A DNA stretch of 64,000 nt from Cycas panzhihuaensis. Lineage: Eukaryota > Plantae > Cycadophyta. The notes under the pieces are model-generated. The model was not told the origin of the DNA, did not search any database, and saw only the letters and a list, made by a program, of their open reading frames with translations. The translations under genes and the position numbers were made by a program. The DNA lies in NCBI GenBank assembly GCA_023213395.1, contig CM041465.1, forward strand, positions 168,523,741 to 168,587,740, in the 5' to 3' direction. Within the stretch, counting starts at the first letter, position 1, and every line of letters begins with the position of its first letter. This document shows, in pieces, positions 13,701 to 27,900 of this stretch.

Positions 13701-16054
13701 AAGGAGTTAAACTCACCTCCATTATCAGTTCTTAAATATTTGATTAACTTACCAATGTTGTTCTTAACTAGAGCCTTCAACTGCTTAAACACACTGAAAA
13801 CTTTAGATTTCCTTTTTAAAAAATAGACCCATACCTTTCTGGAGTAATCATTTATAAATGTGATAAAGTACAATGATCCTCCACAAGATATTTTAGGGGT
13901 TGGACCCTACACATCTGAATGTATGTAATCTAAAATATTTTTACTAGTGTGACTCCCTACTTTAAACCTGAGTCTACACTACTTTCCAAAAATATAATGT
14001 TTGCAGAAATCCAAATCTAAAAGTTGTAAGTTAGGAAGTAACTTATAGTTTATCAGCATCTTAAGTCCTCTCTCACTCATGTGCCCAAGTCTCTAATGCC
14101 ATAATTGAGATGGATCTTCTACAATCTTTTATGTTATAGTTGCATGGCTGATATCTGTACTTCCCACTAAAATATAAAGGTTTCATTTCTTTAAGGCTTT
14201 CATAATAACCAAGGCACCCTTTAACACCTTTAAGACTCCTTCATGACCTGTATGCTTATAACCACTTAAATCCAGTTCGGGAAATCAGATTCCTTTTTAG
14301 ATCGTGTACATGTCTAATCTTAATTAATATTCTCACTACACCATCGGACATCTTAATTATGATGCTACGAATGCCCATTGTCTTATAAGAAACTTCATTT
14401 CCCATAAGCACATCACCACCATCAAGAGGTTGGTACAATAAGAACCAACTCTTATGTAGACACATGTGGTGTGAAGCACCTGAATCTAATAACTAGTCAT
14501 GGTGATAAAGGGAAACATTACAAGTGACCAAGACATCATCATCCATACCTTGATTTGACTCCACCTGATTAACCTCCTTGGTAGGATCTTCCTTTTTCTG
14601 GAACTCCTTCTTTTTGAAACAATCCTTCTTGAGGTGACTGGTCTTATTATAGTGCTAACACCTAAGCTTACTCTTCTTACCTTTTAACTTTGACCTCAAC
14701 GTATCCCTGAAGCTTTGTCCTCTGTCAATTATTCTACCCCTTACTGTCATAGCTTCTGGTATGAAGGTTTCAAGACTAGACTTCCTCCGCACTTCTTCCA
14801 TCAACAAAGCACTCACAACAAAATCATATTCTAATTCATCTGTAGTGCTAAAACTAATTGAGGTGATAATATTATCCTAGGATTCTGGTAATGAGCATAA
14901 CAAGGTAACAACCTTATCCTCATCCTTAATTTTAACATCGATACTAGCCAATTAACAAATAAGAGTATTAAAAATATTTAAATGGTCATCAAATTTTGTA
15001 CCTTCCTTCATCTGTAATGAGTACAACTACCTCTTTAAGTAGATTTAATTCGTCACTGATTTGGCCATATACAAGTCTTCTAATCAGGTCCATAATCCTA
15101 CTACTGTCTATTCCCCTGTGATGTTAAATGGAACTTCATCTGCCAAGCACAATCATATTTTCCTAAGAGCCTTTTTGTCTAGATCATCTTAGTCATCATC
15201 GTCCATCCCTACGGGTTTCTTCATTTTGCCTACAAGAGCTTTGTACAAACCTTGTTGTACAAGAACATCATACGCTTTCAACTTCCACAACTTGAAGTTG
15301 TTCTTGCCATTGAATTTCTCCACCTTGAACTTTAAACTTGATAATTTCACCATTTGTTGTAGAAGAAGTTAACACCAAAACCTTCATAAACTCATTGCAA
15401 AAATAAAAGTGGCTCTAATACCACTTGTTGAGAAGATAAGGTCCCAACCCTTAAATTGCCACCAAGATCTAAACTACTCTTACAACAGGAATTGAAACTA
15501 AAATTTAACATGCAAGTTCTTAAACTAGAGATAAAATAATAAAATGAACAAGAAATCTAAGCATCGCATGTACATCCGATATAACGTGGTAAAACCCTAG
15601 CAGTGAGCTAGGGAAACATCCACATAGGAAAGGTATTAATCTTTATTATTGTAGAATGGAGAAGATGTACATAATCCTATAATAGAGTGCTCACAGTAAT
15701 AACAATCAGCTGCCTAACACCTCATAGTACATTGAACACTATCAACATAATGAAAAATACCCTAAATCAGGTTACAAGAGAGGGTCATCCAAGGCACAAA
15801 TCTTGACCATAGAATCTAGAGTATTTTAAGAGAAGACCTTAATTCTCTTTATAATTTAATATATTTTTTAGTGCTAAATTTTTGGGTCAGGGGCTATTAC
15901 CCCTGAACCCTCTCTTTAATGAGGTTCCACGCCCCACACCCAACTAAGGGGTCTCCGCCTTCATTGAACCCCCCGAGGAAGGTTTGGGGGGGAAACCACA
16001 CTACCAACATGTCAAAATTTTAGCCTCTAACCATTATTGTCACATTACCTAATA
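10766..16054 (-). mobile_element. Full-length degenerate Ty1/copia element (Tork/Tnt1-like)
   Basis: LTRs at 10766-11385 and 15426-16054; TSD GTTTG/GTCTG (one transition); minus-strand PBS TGGTATTAGAGC next to 15426; PPT CAAGGTGGAGAT next to 11385; gag-PR-INT-RT-RH order. Confidence 0.95.
11430..15353 (-). pseudogene. Degenerate copia gag-pol (Tork-like)
   Basis: MVKLSSLKFKVEKFNGKNNF (gag start); DSGASHHMC (protease); LRTDNGGEF and SKLDPKSKRCIFVGY (integrase); RLVAKGFAQ, YGLKQS, LYVDDML (RT); GYVDLDFVGDLDKRRSTSGY (RNase H). Confidence 0.93.
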
Positions 16055-19000
16055 GTCTGTCCAACTATATGATTTGTCTCTAAGGAATTTTATAGTACTG
16101 TAAAGTTTATCATGGTACCATGAAATATACTTTTACAGTGCCATGGTAAATTTCACAAGATGATATATTGAAAATAAAAAGAGAAAAATATACATTTCAA
16201 AGCATAATAAACATGCCCAACTATATCTCTGACTTGGGTAGTGTTAATAATCTTATGGAGATATACACCCTTCTTTACAATGGGTTTTTAAATGTTTATG
16301 TTTTATTTAATCAAATTTATAGGAAAATTTCCTATGGTTTTTGGCCTATGGTTTGATCTATATCATGGGCGCAATACCACCTTCTCCAACATTCCATAAC
16401 ATCTATAAATACCCCTCGTTTTCACATGGAGAGGGAGGCCAAAAATTATAGCATTATATTGTCATAATGCTACTAAAATTTCTATAGATTCCTTTGCTCA
16501 TCACTTGTTCACTTGGCTTCCACTATTAGAGTGAAAATTAGAGGCAAATTATGTTGGAAGCACCTAGGATTAAAGTTGTATACCATGAGTATCTCATACT
16601 AACTAGGAATTAGGGACAGACCCCACTACACTATTTGTACTTTAGTCCACTCTAATTTATGTTTGGTTTTAGTTTTCTATTAATCTCTTTTGTATGTATG
16701 AATGCTTGATTTTACCTTTTTACACTTTTATATTATATGTTTCTTGTGTGAGAGTGTCTTACAAGTAAAAGAAAGTTAGATATTGTAGGTTGAGCTCTAA
16801 TTTGGTGGCACCACACCATATGTAAGACTCCAATTACCATCCCAGGATATTATTTAATTTAATTTATAAATTTAATTAATTACATTAGATTTTAAAGCTT
16901 CTATTTCTTTTTTATATGCATTGGTCTATAAGTAGAGGAGAGTGATAAGGCCACTTTTAAGGATCCAAGAAGCTAGTTAGAAACTCCCTCTTTCTCCCCC
17001 ATTCTTCCCACCAAATCAAAAAGTACATATTACACAACTAAAGTACTATTGGAATTTCTTCAACATTAATAAAAGGTTAAATTTTAAAAGTTTATTTCAA
17101 ACTCATTTTTTAGCATTTCAAGTTGTAGCATAAACCTTTTTTCACCATAAGTGGGTTCATCAAGCACAGATGCTACCAAATGTTTTTTAGAAATTGTGAA
17201 ATATATATGTTATAAACCTTAAATGTTGCTCCTTTAACAAACTTATATTACGAGGCTTTGTATTTTTAAGAAAATTTTATTGAGACATTTGGAGCAAAAC
17301 TCCAAGTATTCTTCTTCAAATCACTCTTTTGTAGACTTTATTTTTAAAAATAAAAAAATCTTAAAAGCGTATTTTTTATTCTAAATTTTATTTTAGAAGA
17401 GAGAAGGAAAAAGAAAAAAAATTCATTTCTTGCATGCTTGTTATGTTTACTTGCTTCTCTCTTTCCTATTTATACAAATAGTTTAAATTTCAAGTCAAAA
17501 AGCAAAAAATATGGTTAAAGAAAAGTAAAAATAAAAGAAAATTACTTTATTTCTTTTGTGCATCACATTCTTTCTTACTGTTTAATTTAAGAGTGAAAAT
17601 TTTGTACTTATTATGAGTCCTCGAATCTGTAGGGTTGACAAGTTTGCTTCTAGGTTAGTTTATTTGCTCTCTTTACTAAAGCATAAAAAGATTTTAGCTA
17701 CATCATAGTTTATTGAGTGTTTCTTTAGTCTTATTCAAGATAATGGTTGTCATTTTATTAAATAGAGGGGTCCATTTTCCCTCTACCTAAATTTCATTAC
17801 TAGATGAGAGGGGTGGGCTTATGCCTTTAGGCAAAGTCATCTTTTGATCTATATTTTGAGTAGGCCAATGAGGGGAATCTATCTCCACCACATGCTAATA
17901 CATGAGGTGTTAATATTTGAGTGAGCATCATTAGTCTTGTTGAGAGTGGTGACTTCTTTTTATTTATCTCATAGAGTACGAGGTTCATTAGAATTAAATG
18001 AGAGCATTGTTAGGCCACCTTATGCTTGCGTAATATGGGTTACTAGTATTAACGAGTCCCTATTATCGTATCCATAAGTAGATGCATCCTATGGTCTTAA
18101 CTCCCTTAAACTTCTCACTTTAATCAATTCCTTCATTTTTCTTCTAGATTGATTCTAGCATTTAGGATCATTTAAGAATTAGAGTTAGGGTAAGTCAATC
18201 TAATTTTAGGGGGATTAATTATGTAGGATATACATGTAGAAGTGATAGTATTTTGGGCACATGTGCCTGATCAACCCCCTCATATTCTAAGGGTTTTTTT
18301 TAGTGTTATTTAATTCTTTTAAGGACACTTGTTGATAGTTAGATTAATTTTATCTTTATGCTTTTTAATTAGCTAATACTTCTCTTATTTTATTATTTTT
18401 AGATATTACATCTTCATCTACTTGTCTACACCACTTATTTTGATTATATAGATATTATCATGCTTTCTTTTAAGTTTTCTTTTTTCCTTTTTGGTATGTC
18501 ACACACACCTATACATTACCACTTCTAGTCTAGAATACCATCACCTTTTATCCCCACATTCATATCTATGAGATGCATAGGTACCTTGTAGGAGGTATGT
18601 GTCTATTCCCTTCATGACTCAAACCCCCTTCTACCTTCAAGTCTATACTTGAGTTATGTTATTTATCCTCCCCTCCTATGATGCACAATTCATTAATAAC
18701 TATATTCGAGACTCACTAATTGAGTTTTAGTAGACATTACATTGTTGATTATCTTCTTCATTTTATTTAGGCCCTTTGCTTTAGGACAAGACTCTTATAG
18801 TTTATAGTTTACATGTGTGAGTATCATTCATCTCTTTTCTACCACTTCTCAGTCTTAGTGTATATTTTTCAAGATCCACCCTTATCTTTTACATTTTTCT
18901 TTTTGGGTTTACTTCTTATATGTAATGATTTTCTTATTATTAGAGGGGTTTACCCCCTTTAGATTCAAATTCAACAATCTTGTTTGTCTCATCATCCATC

Positions 19001-20333
19001 GAGAATCATTCAATGGCAAGTCAATACCAACCTTAATGGTCTACAAACTCCTATTAAACTCAAGAAGCTTATCAATCAGAGGGTCCATAACAAAATCAAG
19101 ATCCATATTAAATTTATAGCATAAATTGGACCTAAGGGACCAATTTGTATGGACAATAAATTTTATCCCAAGATGGAGAAGACTCCATCTATCCTGATGA
19201 GCTAGATCTAATTTATCAAAACCTTATGAGATCTCCTTTTCATATCATCAGGATGGCCCAATATCATCACCCTTTACTTGATCTTAGATCTTCAACTCAA
19301 GCCTTTTTATTTAATCAAACCCATTAGGGAGGACATAGTATCTAGATTATCCTAAACCCCCAAGGGCTCATGAGACATTATGGTAGCTCTAGAGTTTAAT
19401 TTAAGTAGTCCACTTTGGATACAACTTTAGCTTGAGCTCGTCAATTATTTAGAATAAGTACTAGCCTAGCCCCACCTATTCCCTAATCATAACAATCAGA
19501 AGTCTCTAAATAGGAGGTTATTTTGTAACTAACTACCACATCTTCACTAGTGCTTAACCAAGCCCCACTAATAATAACCCTATTTGTGGTACCTACTTAG
19601 ATGGCAGGTCCTCCACCCATCTAACCACATCCTCATTCTACCCCATTTATTATTATTATAAAAGGGCCTTACACAACTATTTTGTAGCCAATGACTACAT
19701 GGTCCAACCCTATTATTCCATCCATTCTACCTCATCCCATATCTCTCCTTTTACTTGGAAAATAAGATCTTAAGGGATACCTCATCCTACCCCATACCCT
19801 ATTTAACCAACTTAACTAACTCCCTAATTTGCCTAATATACTTATGTTTCACTTAGATATGCTGCTTAATAGTGGGGGTCTCATTCTTAACCTACTTTTG
19901 GTGTGGATCCTTTACATATATAGGATTTCCCCTATAATTAAAGGTTCATATACATAAAACCCCATGCCATATCCCACTCTATCTTACCAAGATGCATTTG
20001 CTAGTGGTCTAACTTACCCTTTAACATATCAAGCTTATTAAGTTATTAGGCCCTAACTAGCTCTAACTTATTAAATTCTACTCGAGCCCAAACCATATGT
20101 ACCTAATCTATATACTCAACTAGTAATCATTTATCAAGTTGGGGGTATCCTTGAGCCTATCTATCATGCATTATCAAGCATATGGTGTCATTCAAACGCA
20201 ATAAGCATATGGACCTCATCCTACTTTTCTATATGCTAATACTTTAGCTCAATCAAGGACATGTCCCTTTATTCACTATTATATAAGTCCTCTATCTTTA
20301 AAGGCACTTCGAACCAACCTACTATTCCATCTA

Positions 20334-22210
20334 CTAAAAGTGCCCAAGTTTGAGGGCACTTTATATTAGGACATAAGGGACCATATCGAGGCATTCACGA
20401 TGTTATATATTGATTATTAACCTTATGATCATATTTTAATAAAAGTATTTCCTATATCCCTTTAAAGTGATGCCCTAAAATGGTTTTATCACCTACCTAC
20501 TTATTCCATCTATTACTTCTAATAGTTAGTGGATACCTTTATGAACTACTTTAATGTATCACATCCTTTTGAGAGTGGGAATAAAACCCTTCTTACTCTT
20601 AAATAAGATCATGATGAGATTAAAAAGGACTTTGTTCATTATTTCTAAGACCTATTGCATTCATCTAAGACCATATTACCTAAAGATTTGAATTCCATTT
20701 ACCCTAATATCCATATAAAAGTTCTTAAAATAGATTATGCTATGTATGACTCTACCATTTCCAAATGCCTTACCTTAGAATCCATCAAGATCCAAGTAAA
20801 ACTAAAGAATAATAAAGAACCCATCCTATGACATGAGGCACTCCTAATGTTTCTAGATCCTAGGCCCTAGCCATAAGCTTAGAGGTCTCCTATCAGCACC
20901 CCTGACAAGACCATAGATTCACTTACTTTTACATTTCACTCATTTGAGGGAGTTGTGAGAGATCTTAAATTATAACCATTATAAAGCTAACAAGAAGCTT
21001 TTATCCCCTCAAAGGGGCCTAGACATGTTCATAAAGCAATGAAGACTCATCCTTAGGGTAAGGCCAACAAACCTATCCCTCCCTCTAAAAAGAAATACCA
21101 AACTCCCTATGAGAAAAACTAGTGTTCATTTTATCACAATTACACTCATGATGATGCTCACTACTAGACTTGGTATCTAGAATTAACATTGCCATAAGAC
21201 CCTCTAACATAATTTACATCCAAACCAAGCTTAGACTAGCCAGTCTACAAGGACTGTTTCCTTGACTATAAGGCCTAAAAGCCTTAGGCTTAACCTCAAG
21301 CCCAACAAGGAAGTGGAAAACTCCAACCTTAAAGGTGACCATAATTCAATCCTTCTCATAACCAACTTAAGAAAAATCTTAAAGACCCAAAACCTTTCAA
21401 TTCATAAATCTAAATCCTATGAAAGTAGCCTAACATTATAATATTAAGGGAAAGAGAGTCATTCAAATGCTCAAGACCACTCAAGTATTCGCCACTACTT
21501 AAGCTCAAGAAACTAAACAAGTTAAAGGATCTTCCTCCTCATAACAACCACTTGTTGAAACTTAATCTATTAAGATCACTTTCTTTTTAAAGACCATTCC
21601 TATCTACTTGGGTTATTATGACCTAAAGAGGAACCTTCCTTAACACATAGGTAAGGGAAAGGAATTTCTAATTATCAAGGATCGCTAAACTATTTCTATG
21701 AGTATGTCTATAATGGGTGTCCTATAGAGTTATGTTGAGTAAACAAACCATCTTCTAGAAGCCCTTAGGCATAACGAAGTATCCATCCATGTCATTCATA
21801 TTAAATTTATGGGTAAGCCCCTCATTACCTTTGATCTAGGGGACTTGCCTTCTTAAAGAAAAAGGGAGTATCATTGGTAATCTCGCTTCACCATCACCAT
21901 CAAGATACCTAACTTTACCTTGAAGAGGATTATGATCAATAATGGGTCCTTGGTCAATACCATGCCTACCTAAATGCTTAAGGAATTGGGCATTGGGGCC
22001 CTAAAGCCTAGCCTTTATAGATGTTAAGGGTATAATAGAAATAAAAAGGTCCCCTTGGGAATGATCAAATTTTCCCTTCTCCTTAAAACTATTCTCATCG
22101 CGATTATGGTCATGGACATGGGTGTCAACTATAACCTTTTCCTAGGATACCCTTAGTTAGACCACATAGGGATAGTTTATTCCACCTTATGGGGCCAACT
22201 AAAGCTTCTC
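20334..22210 (+). pseudogene. Degenerate Ogre/Tat-like gypsy gag and aspartic protease
   Basis: KVPKFEG..DHIEAF..IKVFPISL*SDALKWFYHLP..SI (retrotransposon gag motif) near 20334-20560; KRIMINNGSLVNTMP..YNLFLGYP*L (DNGS-type protease) near 21880-22210. No RT, RNase H or integrase seen downstream. Confidence 0.75.
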
Positions 22211-22810
22211 CATAGTGGCCAAATGTACACTATTACACATGAATCTCCCCCTCCTAGTTTCTCTTAAAAGGTCATATGAGTAAGTTTTGATGACAAGGTT
22301 AATAAAATAATTAAATCTAATCCATGGATTAAGTCCTTTCTCTAAGGCCCAAGCCCCTAATTTATCCAAATTCTTCTACTTTAAGACCTAATATAGTTTA
22401 TTTTACTCTAGTTAACATGCGTAGTTATAGATACTTAGTTGTTCTTAGCAACCCTAAGTCTAATTAAGAAGATGAAAAGCCTACTTCATACTAAGGGGGC
22501 ATGATTTCTTACATTTAATGGGTTGTATCCCCTAAAGATACTCCCAGTTATTTTAGACCTTTCAAAGGGCCCTTCCTTCATAAGATCCCTAATGGTACCC
22601 TATGAAAAATCTTAAGATCATTCTATCATTTCCTTTGACTTACAAAGTCTCTCCTTTCCAATAAGCTTAGCTTGTGTGATATATATACCACCTCATCCAT
22701 ACTTGGTATCCAAATTTTTATGAGGAGATCATTAATATAGCACATGTAGATTTTCTCTCTTCTTAATCCATTCCATAATCCATCTACCCTATGAGAGCCC
22801 TATGGATAAT

Positions 22811-24961
22811 TATAATGAGCCTTCACTACATAGTAGAGATGGTTATAATCCTCCATCATGTGAGGTTAAGGTTAAGGATAAGGAAGTAGGGGATTAGTCA
22901 CTTTCGAGGTAGGAATATAATAATGTGTAGGTTAGTGTTATATATACCCCACTCAATTGTAAAGAAAGTATATATTGTATTATGTTAATGAATGTTCTTT
23001 GAAACTTTAGCTTCTTCTTTATCTTATTTATATAATTTTCTCTTCATATTTCTCTATCTTGAATAGTTATAAGATTAGGTATATAACTAGTAATACCATA
23101 GTCATTTCTGAGCTATACAAGAGGTAGGGATCCATTTTTCTATAAGTGCTAAAATAGGGCCGCCTTTTCCTCTTTATGTTATTATAGGTTGCTAGAAAAA
23201 AAGGGGGGAGGAGGAATTATTTTTTTCTGGGTTTTTGACATGTGAAAGTTCTACTCTTTGGGAGAACAAATGAAAGATTTTTAAAGAATCAATAGAGATT
23301 TAACAATAAAAGGCTAATTTTGTAAATTTTAATTGGTCATAGTATAAGTTTTGGTAAAAAAGTATACAAATTATAGTAGATTTAATTTTGACCTACTTTT
23401 TATTGCCACATTTCAAGTCTAGATCTACTATCTCAACTTCAAAAAGTAATATATTTAGCTATAAATATCCAAATAACCTCAATTTTTATTTTATTCTATG
23501 TTGTTTTAAATTTACTTTCTAATGGAAGTCATCTATGATTGATTGGAGTTTGGAGTAGAAAGTTATAGACATTTTACCAACAAATACTATTGTAATCTTT
23601 AGAAATCATAGTTATGGCCTTTCTTAAAAAGGTCATAACTTTTGATCTAAATATCAAAATTTGATTCCATCTAAACCATTAAAATTGTATTTTATAGGCC
23701 ATCATTTTAATCTATATTATATATATATTTTTATCTATATTTTTCTAGATATTAAATTTTAAAGTTAAGGGTTTTGTATTATACTTTTTTGGTTATCCAG
23801 ACTTTGGTCAAACAACTATTGCTCGTAAGGCCTAATATTTACTTTTGTATTAAGATTAGTGGATAACAGACTATATATACCTCTTAATTTCTCCCACATC
23901 TATATTATTATGGCTATTAAAATGTACATACCACGTATATTTAATAAAAATGTGACTCTTTTCATAAATAGCTAGGTTAGAGATATGTATTCATATTTAG
24001 AATCACTTATTGATGACTACATAAGCAATAAAGAGATGTCTAAAGTAGCCTCATTGTATCTACAAGGATATGTTTACCTTTGGTTTAAGGAGTAGTATGG
24101 ATATAACCTATTCCATATATTTCACTAGCTAGTATCTCTTTAAAATATGATGATTCTTAGTGGTAAGAGATATAGAGACTTGAGTAAGAAAAATAAGAAC
24201 TTCATTAAATACTTAAGAGGTTCAATTAAAAGGTGGAACAAATAATTCTTCCCACTCCACAAATTCAAGATTAATAGAAAAATGATGAGGGAGAAACTAA
24301 ACATTAAGAGCGAGTATGAGAAGTTATTTATTATCCCACACTACCAATTATAGCAAAAGAAAGGGAAGAGTGTCATTTATTAAAAGTTGGAAGATGTACC
24401 AAAGTGAGACCTTATTAGCACTCATATTATCAAGTGACTCTACATCAAAACACTCATTATACAAAGCCCTTATAGATTAAGTATGTTAGGCATACATATC
24501 ATTTAAGCTTAAGGTTTTAAAGTCATAGAGATTCCATACATATAAAGATCTATTTGGGATGGATAGATCCCTATTCTATGTATAACTTTTCTGACAAACT
24601 TCATTGGAACTATCAATTGGATAATAGTAGTAGGAGGTGGTCATATATATCAATGCATTCATATGCTTCGAGGGGGGAGGGCATATGATAAGCCTTCATC
24701 ACATGTTAGAGAGGGTTATGATCCTCCACCATATGAGGTAAAGGTTAATGATAAGGAAATAAGAAATTAGTTAGTTTAGATGTAGGAATACAATAATGTG
24801 AGAATTAATGTTATATATACCTTACTCTATTATAAAGAGGGTATATATGGTGTTATGTTAATGAATTTTTTTCAAAACTTTACCTTCTTATTTATCTTAT
24901 TTCTATCATTTTCTCTTTATATTTCTTTACCTTGAATGGTTATAAGATTAGACCTATAACA
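22811..24961 (+). mobile_element. Small non-autonomous LTR element (TRIM-like gypsy deletion derivative), 2.15 kb
   Basis: About 278-bp direct repeats at 22811-23088 and 24684-24961; TSD ATAAT on both sides; PPT AGGGGGGAGGG before the second repeat; very decayed PBS; gag-like remnant KVASLYLQGYVYLWF near 24040-24090. Confidence 0.85.
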
Positions 24962-25199
24962 ATAATCACTTACCTAGATGATGTATTTAAGGTTTTTGAA
25001 ACCCAAACCCCCCAATATTCTAACCTCTAAGTTGTGGTTATAAGTTTCAACATTAATTAAGCATGCCTTAATCTCCATGTTCATAACATTACTCTAATTC
25101 TTAAATGGATTTAGAATAGCATCCTCTTTAGGAGAGATGAAGACCTCATCCCCCACCCCTCCACCCCTATGAATCATCTACATGATCCATCATATTGAC

Positions 25200-25430
25200 G
25201 CTCTAAAAGGAGTTTAAACTACATACACTCTGAAAAGAGCTTAAACTACCTTTTTGGATTTCAAATAAGCTTAAACTGCTTTTTCTCTGAAAATAGCTTA
25301 AACTATATTCACTTGAAAATGAACTAAAACTACCTACACTTTGAAATGAGCCTGAATTATGCTACACTCTCCTATAAGTATAAACTAGAATTATGCTCTA
25401 AAATAATCTTGATCCATCTATGCTCTCCTA
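25200..25430 (+). repeat. Degenerate tandem array of about 28-bp units (CTCTGAAAAGAGCTTAAACTACCT-like), 7-8 copies
   Basis: Recurrent CT(C/T)TGAAA..AGCTTAAACTA at about 28-bp spacing. Confidence 0.7.
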
Positions 25431-26899
25431 AGATCTTAAAAAAAAAAGAACTCTAAAATAATAATTGAAGAGGTAAAACTACAATGATCTACATCTCTAC
25501 ATTGAGAAGGCCTATCATGGCATATCAGTTGTTCATGTCTATTATGGCACTTTGTGCTATATCATGAACAAAATCCCCCCCTTGGGCAATCCCCATGGTG
25601 ATAATATACTTCTCCACTAGCATAAATTTGCTTTACACTCTATTGCAAAATATCATTTATCAATATCATTATAAAAAATATTAAAAAAAAAAAAATCAAA
25701 TCTATAAAACCTATGTGTGTATGTATGTGTGGATATATATTTACTTCAATATAACTCTAAAATTAATACTGAATTATTTTTATTTTAAAAGTGTTTTACG
25801 TACATGATGTTTTATCTATGAGATAAGGTAAAAGGTGTATACATGATAGTCAAATCTCAAACATAGTGATGCATGTCTAACACAAAGATGTAAATCGTAA
25901 TATGGGAGCTCAAGTCAGCATCCCATATATACATGAAAAATGTATGTGTACAAAGAGTCAAGGGAGCTAGACTCTCCATAAGAGTGTGCAAGAGCTCAAT
26001 GAGAAAATAACTCCACATATCCTAACCCTTACTTGGCTAGCTTACCTCTCCCAAAATTGATAAAATAATAATATACAAGATACAAAGGTGCCATATGCAA
26101 CCCCCCTTATTGTCACTTATCTCTAAGGTGTCTTGGAGCTATAAGTGGGTCATATTATAATAATGTACCATCAGGGATCTACCTCACTCACCTCATCCCT
26201 ATGCCTTCTCATATCACCCCTCTACTCCATGGTAGTGTATGTCCTCATATGGGTACATGAGGACCTATCTATTAGGTGATTAACCAATTGCCTATCTATT
26301 AGGTGATTAGCCAATTGCTCATATAAAACTTGTGCCTAATCCCTCTCACTTATCATTAAGGCTAATTAGGCCTACAAGATGGAAATTTAAATCTCTACCC
26401 CTAGCACAACTTATAATGGGGGCATTACTACTAGTACTATAATTGCCTATGGGTCATGTCCCCCTTGTCCCACCATCTGGGCCATTGTGACCTAAAGTTG
26501 GGTAATGGTAGAATCTGGTTTGGTAAGGGCGACATCTACCTCTACTATCATGGCATCTTATTAGGTGATCTTTTCCTACCACTCCCTTTACTCAACCCTC
26601 CACATAGATAATACCCTCACTTCTGGGATAAATATAGTTGAATAAGGTTAAGTAAGGGCTAGCTTGTTTATGTTCGTAATGGGAGGCTACACCTCTACAC
26701 ACACCATCTAAAATAACAAATCTAAAACCTAACGAGCAAAATCAAGACTAAATTCATAATTTATAATATAGAAAATAAGAGTGAGTCTATAATTATAAGG
26801 GATATCAAATCAATAGCTAAAATAGATAGTAAAATAAATTAGAGTACTACTAAAGAAAATATTGAGTGAGGTAGAATTTATACCATTGATGAGGTCCTT

Positions 26900-27900
26900 A
26901 TCGTCATCTCCCTACATAGGCCCCTTGCCCAATCCATGCCTCCATTTGTTAATCCCTCTACTACCTCAGTTGTGACTATAGCCTGAGCCATGTCCTCCTA
27001 TAATGTGGCCTCAACCATATGATGTGTTAATCTCCTACCTCCATCTCTATATCTCTCCTCTATAGCCAATATCTCTTCCTTAACACCTGAATCCTAATGA
27101 ACTAGAGCATAGGGATCTGTATTATATTTGTCCATCCCTATGATGTACAATGACTTAACATATATAGTCCTACTCACTTGCATAGTGACTTCAAGATCAC
27201 AAAACCTAGTTAGCCAGTTGTGGACCAAGGGCTCTCCATCTACCATTGGCTATGGTCCTACTCTTAGTCTCACTCCCTTAAAATGATTGAAGAGCCAACA
27301 CTATAAGAGAGTACAGTAAGAGAAACCCCAATGTCCTGTCCTACAAATCTAATCTAACTACACCCTCATATTAACCATAATCAATGTCACCTAATTAAGA
27401 CTCTCTTTGGCCTCATAATGTTGTATTGGCTCCATCCAACCACTAATAAACTCAATGTAGTTTTGGAAAAAAGTGATGTAAAATAGGATAGCATAAATAA
27501 TGATTTTATGTACTAGTAGAACTTCTGAATCAATCAAGTTATTGAGGTTACTGCCTTGTCTATGCCAATCCCCCTTAATAAAATAACCTAGAAGCTCATG
27601 CATGTGCTGTAGTGGTGATAGGTAATAGCCTTAACTCAGGTGGTGGTCCAATGTAGGGCTCCCTTAAGATCCTCCTCACATCAAAGGAGTCATCATAGTG
27701 CTTGTGTTCATCCAACCATCACTATAACATCTCCAACTAATGGCAAGTGAAATACCTTCCATCTCATATCCTAGTGAGTGATGATATTTATTAATAAGGC
27801 TTGATCTAAGACATACTATCATGATGTGATGATATGCAAGAGCCCACAACATACTAAGATATCTCTGGTTTAATCATTTATATTCTAAGTGAGGGTGAGC
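26900..27900 (-). pseudogene. Antisense plant mobile domain (PMD)-like ORF remnant
   Basis: Minus strand 27812-27712 reads VLDQALLINIITH*DMRWKVFHLPLVGDVIVM, resembling the PMD N-terminal motif D..L..L...W....TFHLP.GE.T.T. Outer limits approximate. Confidence 0.55.

Larger units (their letters stand above)
10410..18698 (+). repeat. Long Ogre/Tat-type LTR, copy A (split by the copia at 10766-16054)
   Basis: 10410-10765 plus 16055-18698 align collinearly with 34070-34405 plus 35830-38376 (shared blocks such as GTGCTAACATTT, TTCTTGTGTGAGAGTGTCTT, GGGCTTATGCCTTTAGG); both copies end ..TAATA. Followed by Ogre/Tat-like gag. True 5' start not resolved. Confidence 0.75.

Noticed and set aside
25200-26320. 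CRISPR-like reading of the 28-bp and 27-bp repeats
   Set aside because: Head-to-tail units without unique spacers, in eukaryotic TE DNA.
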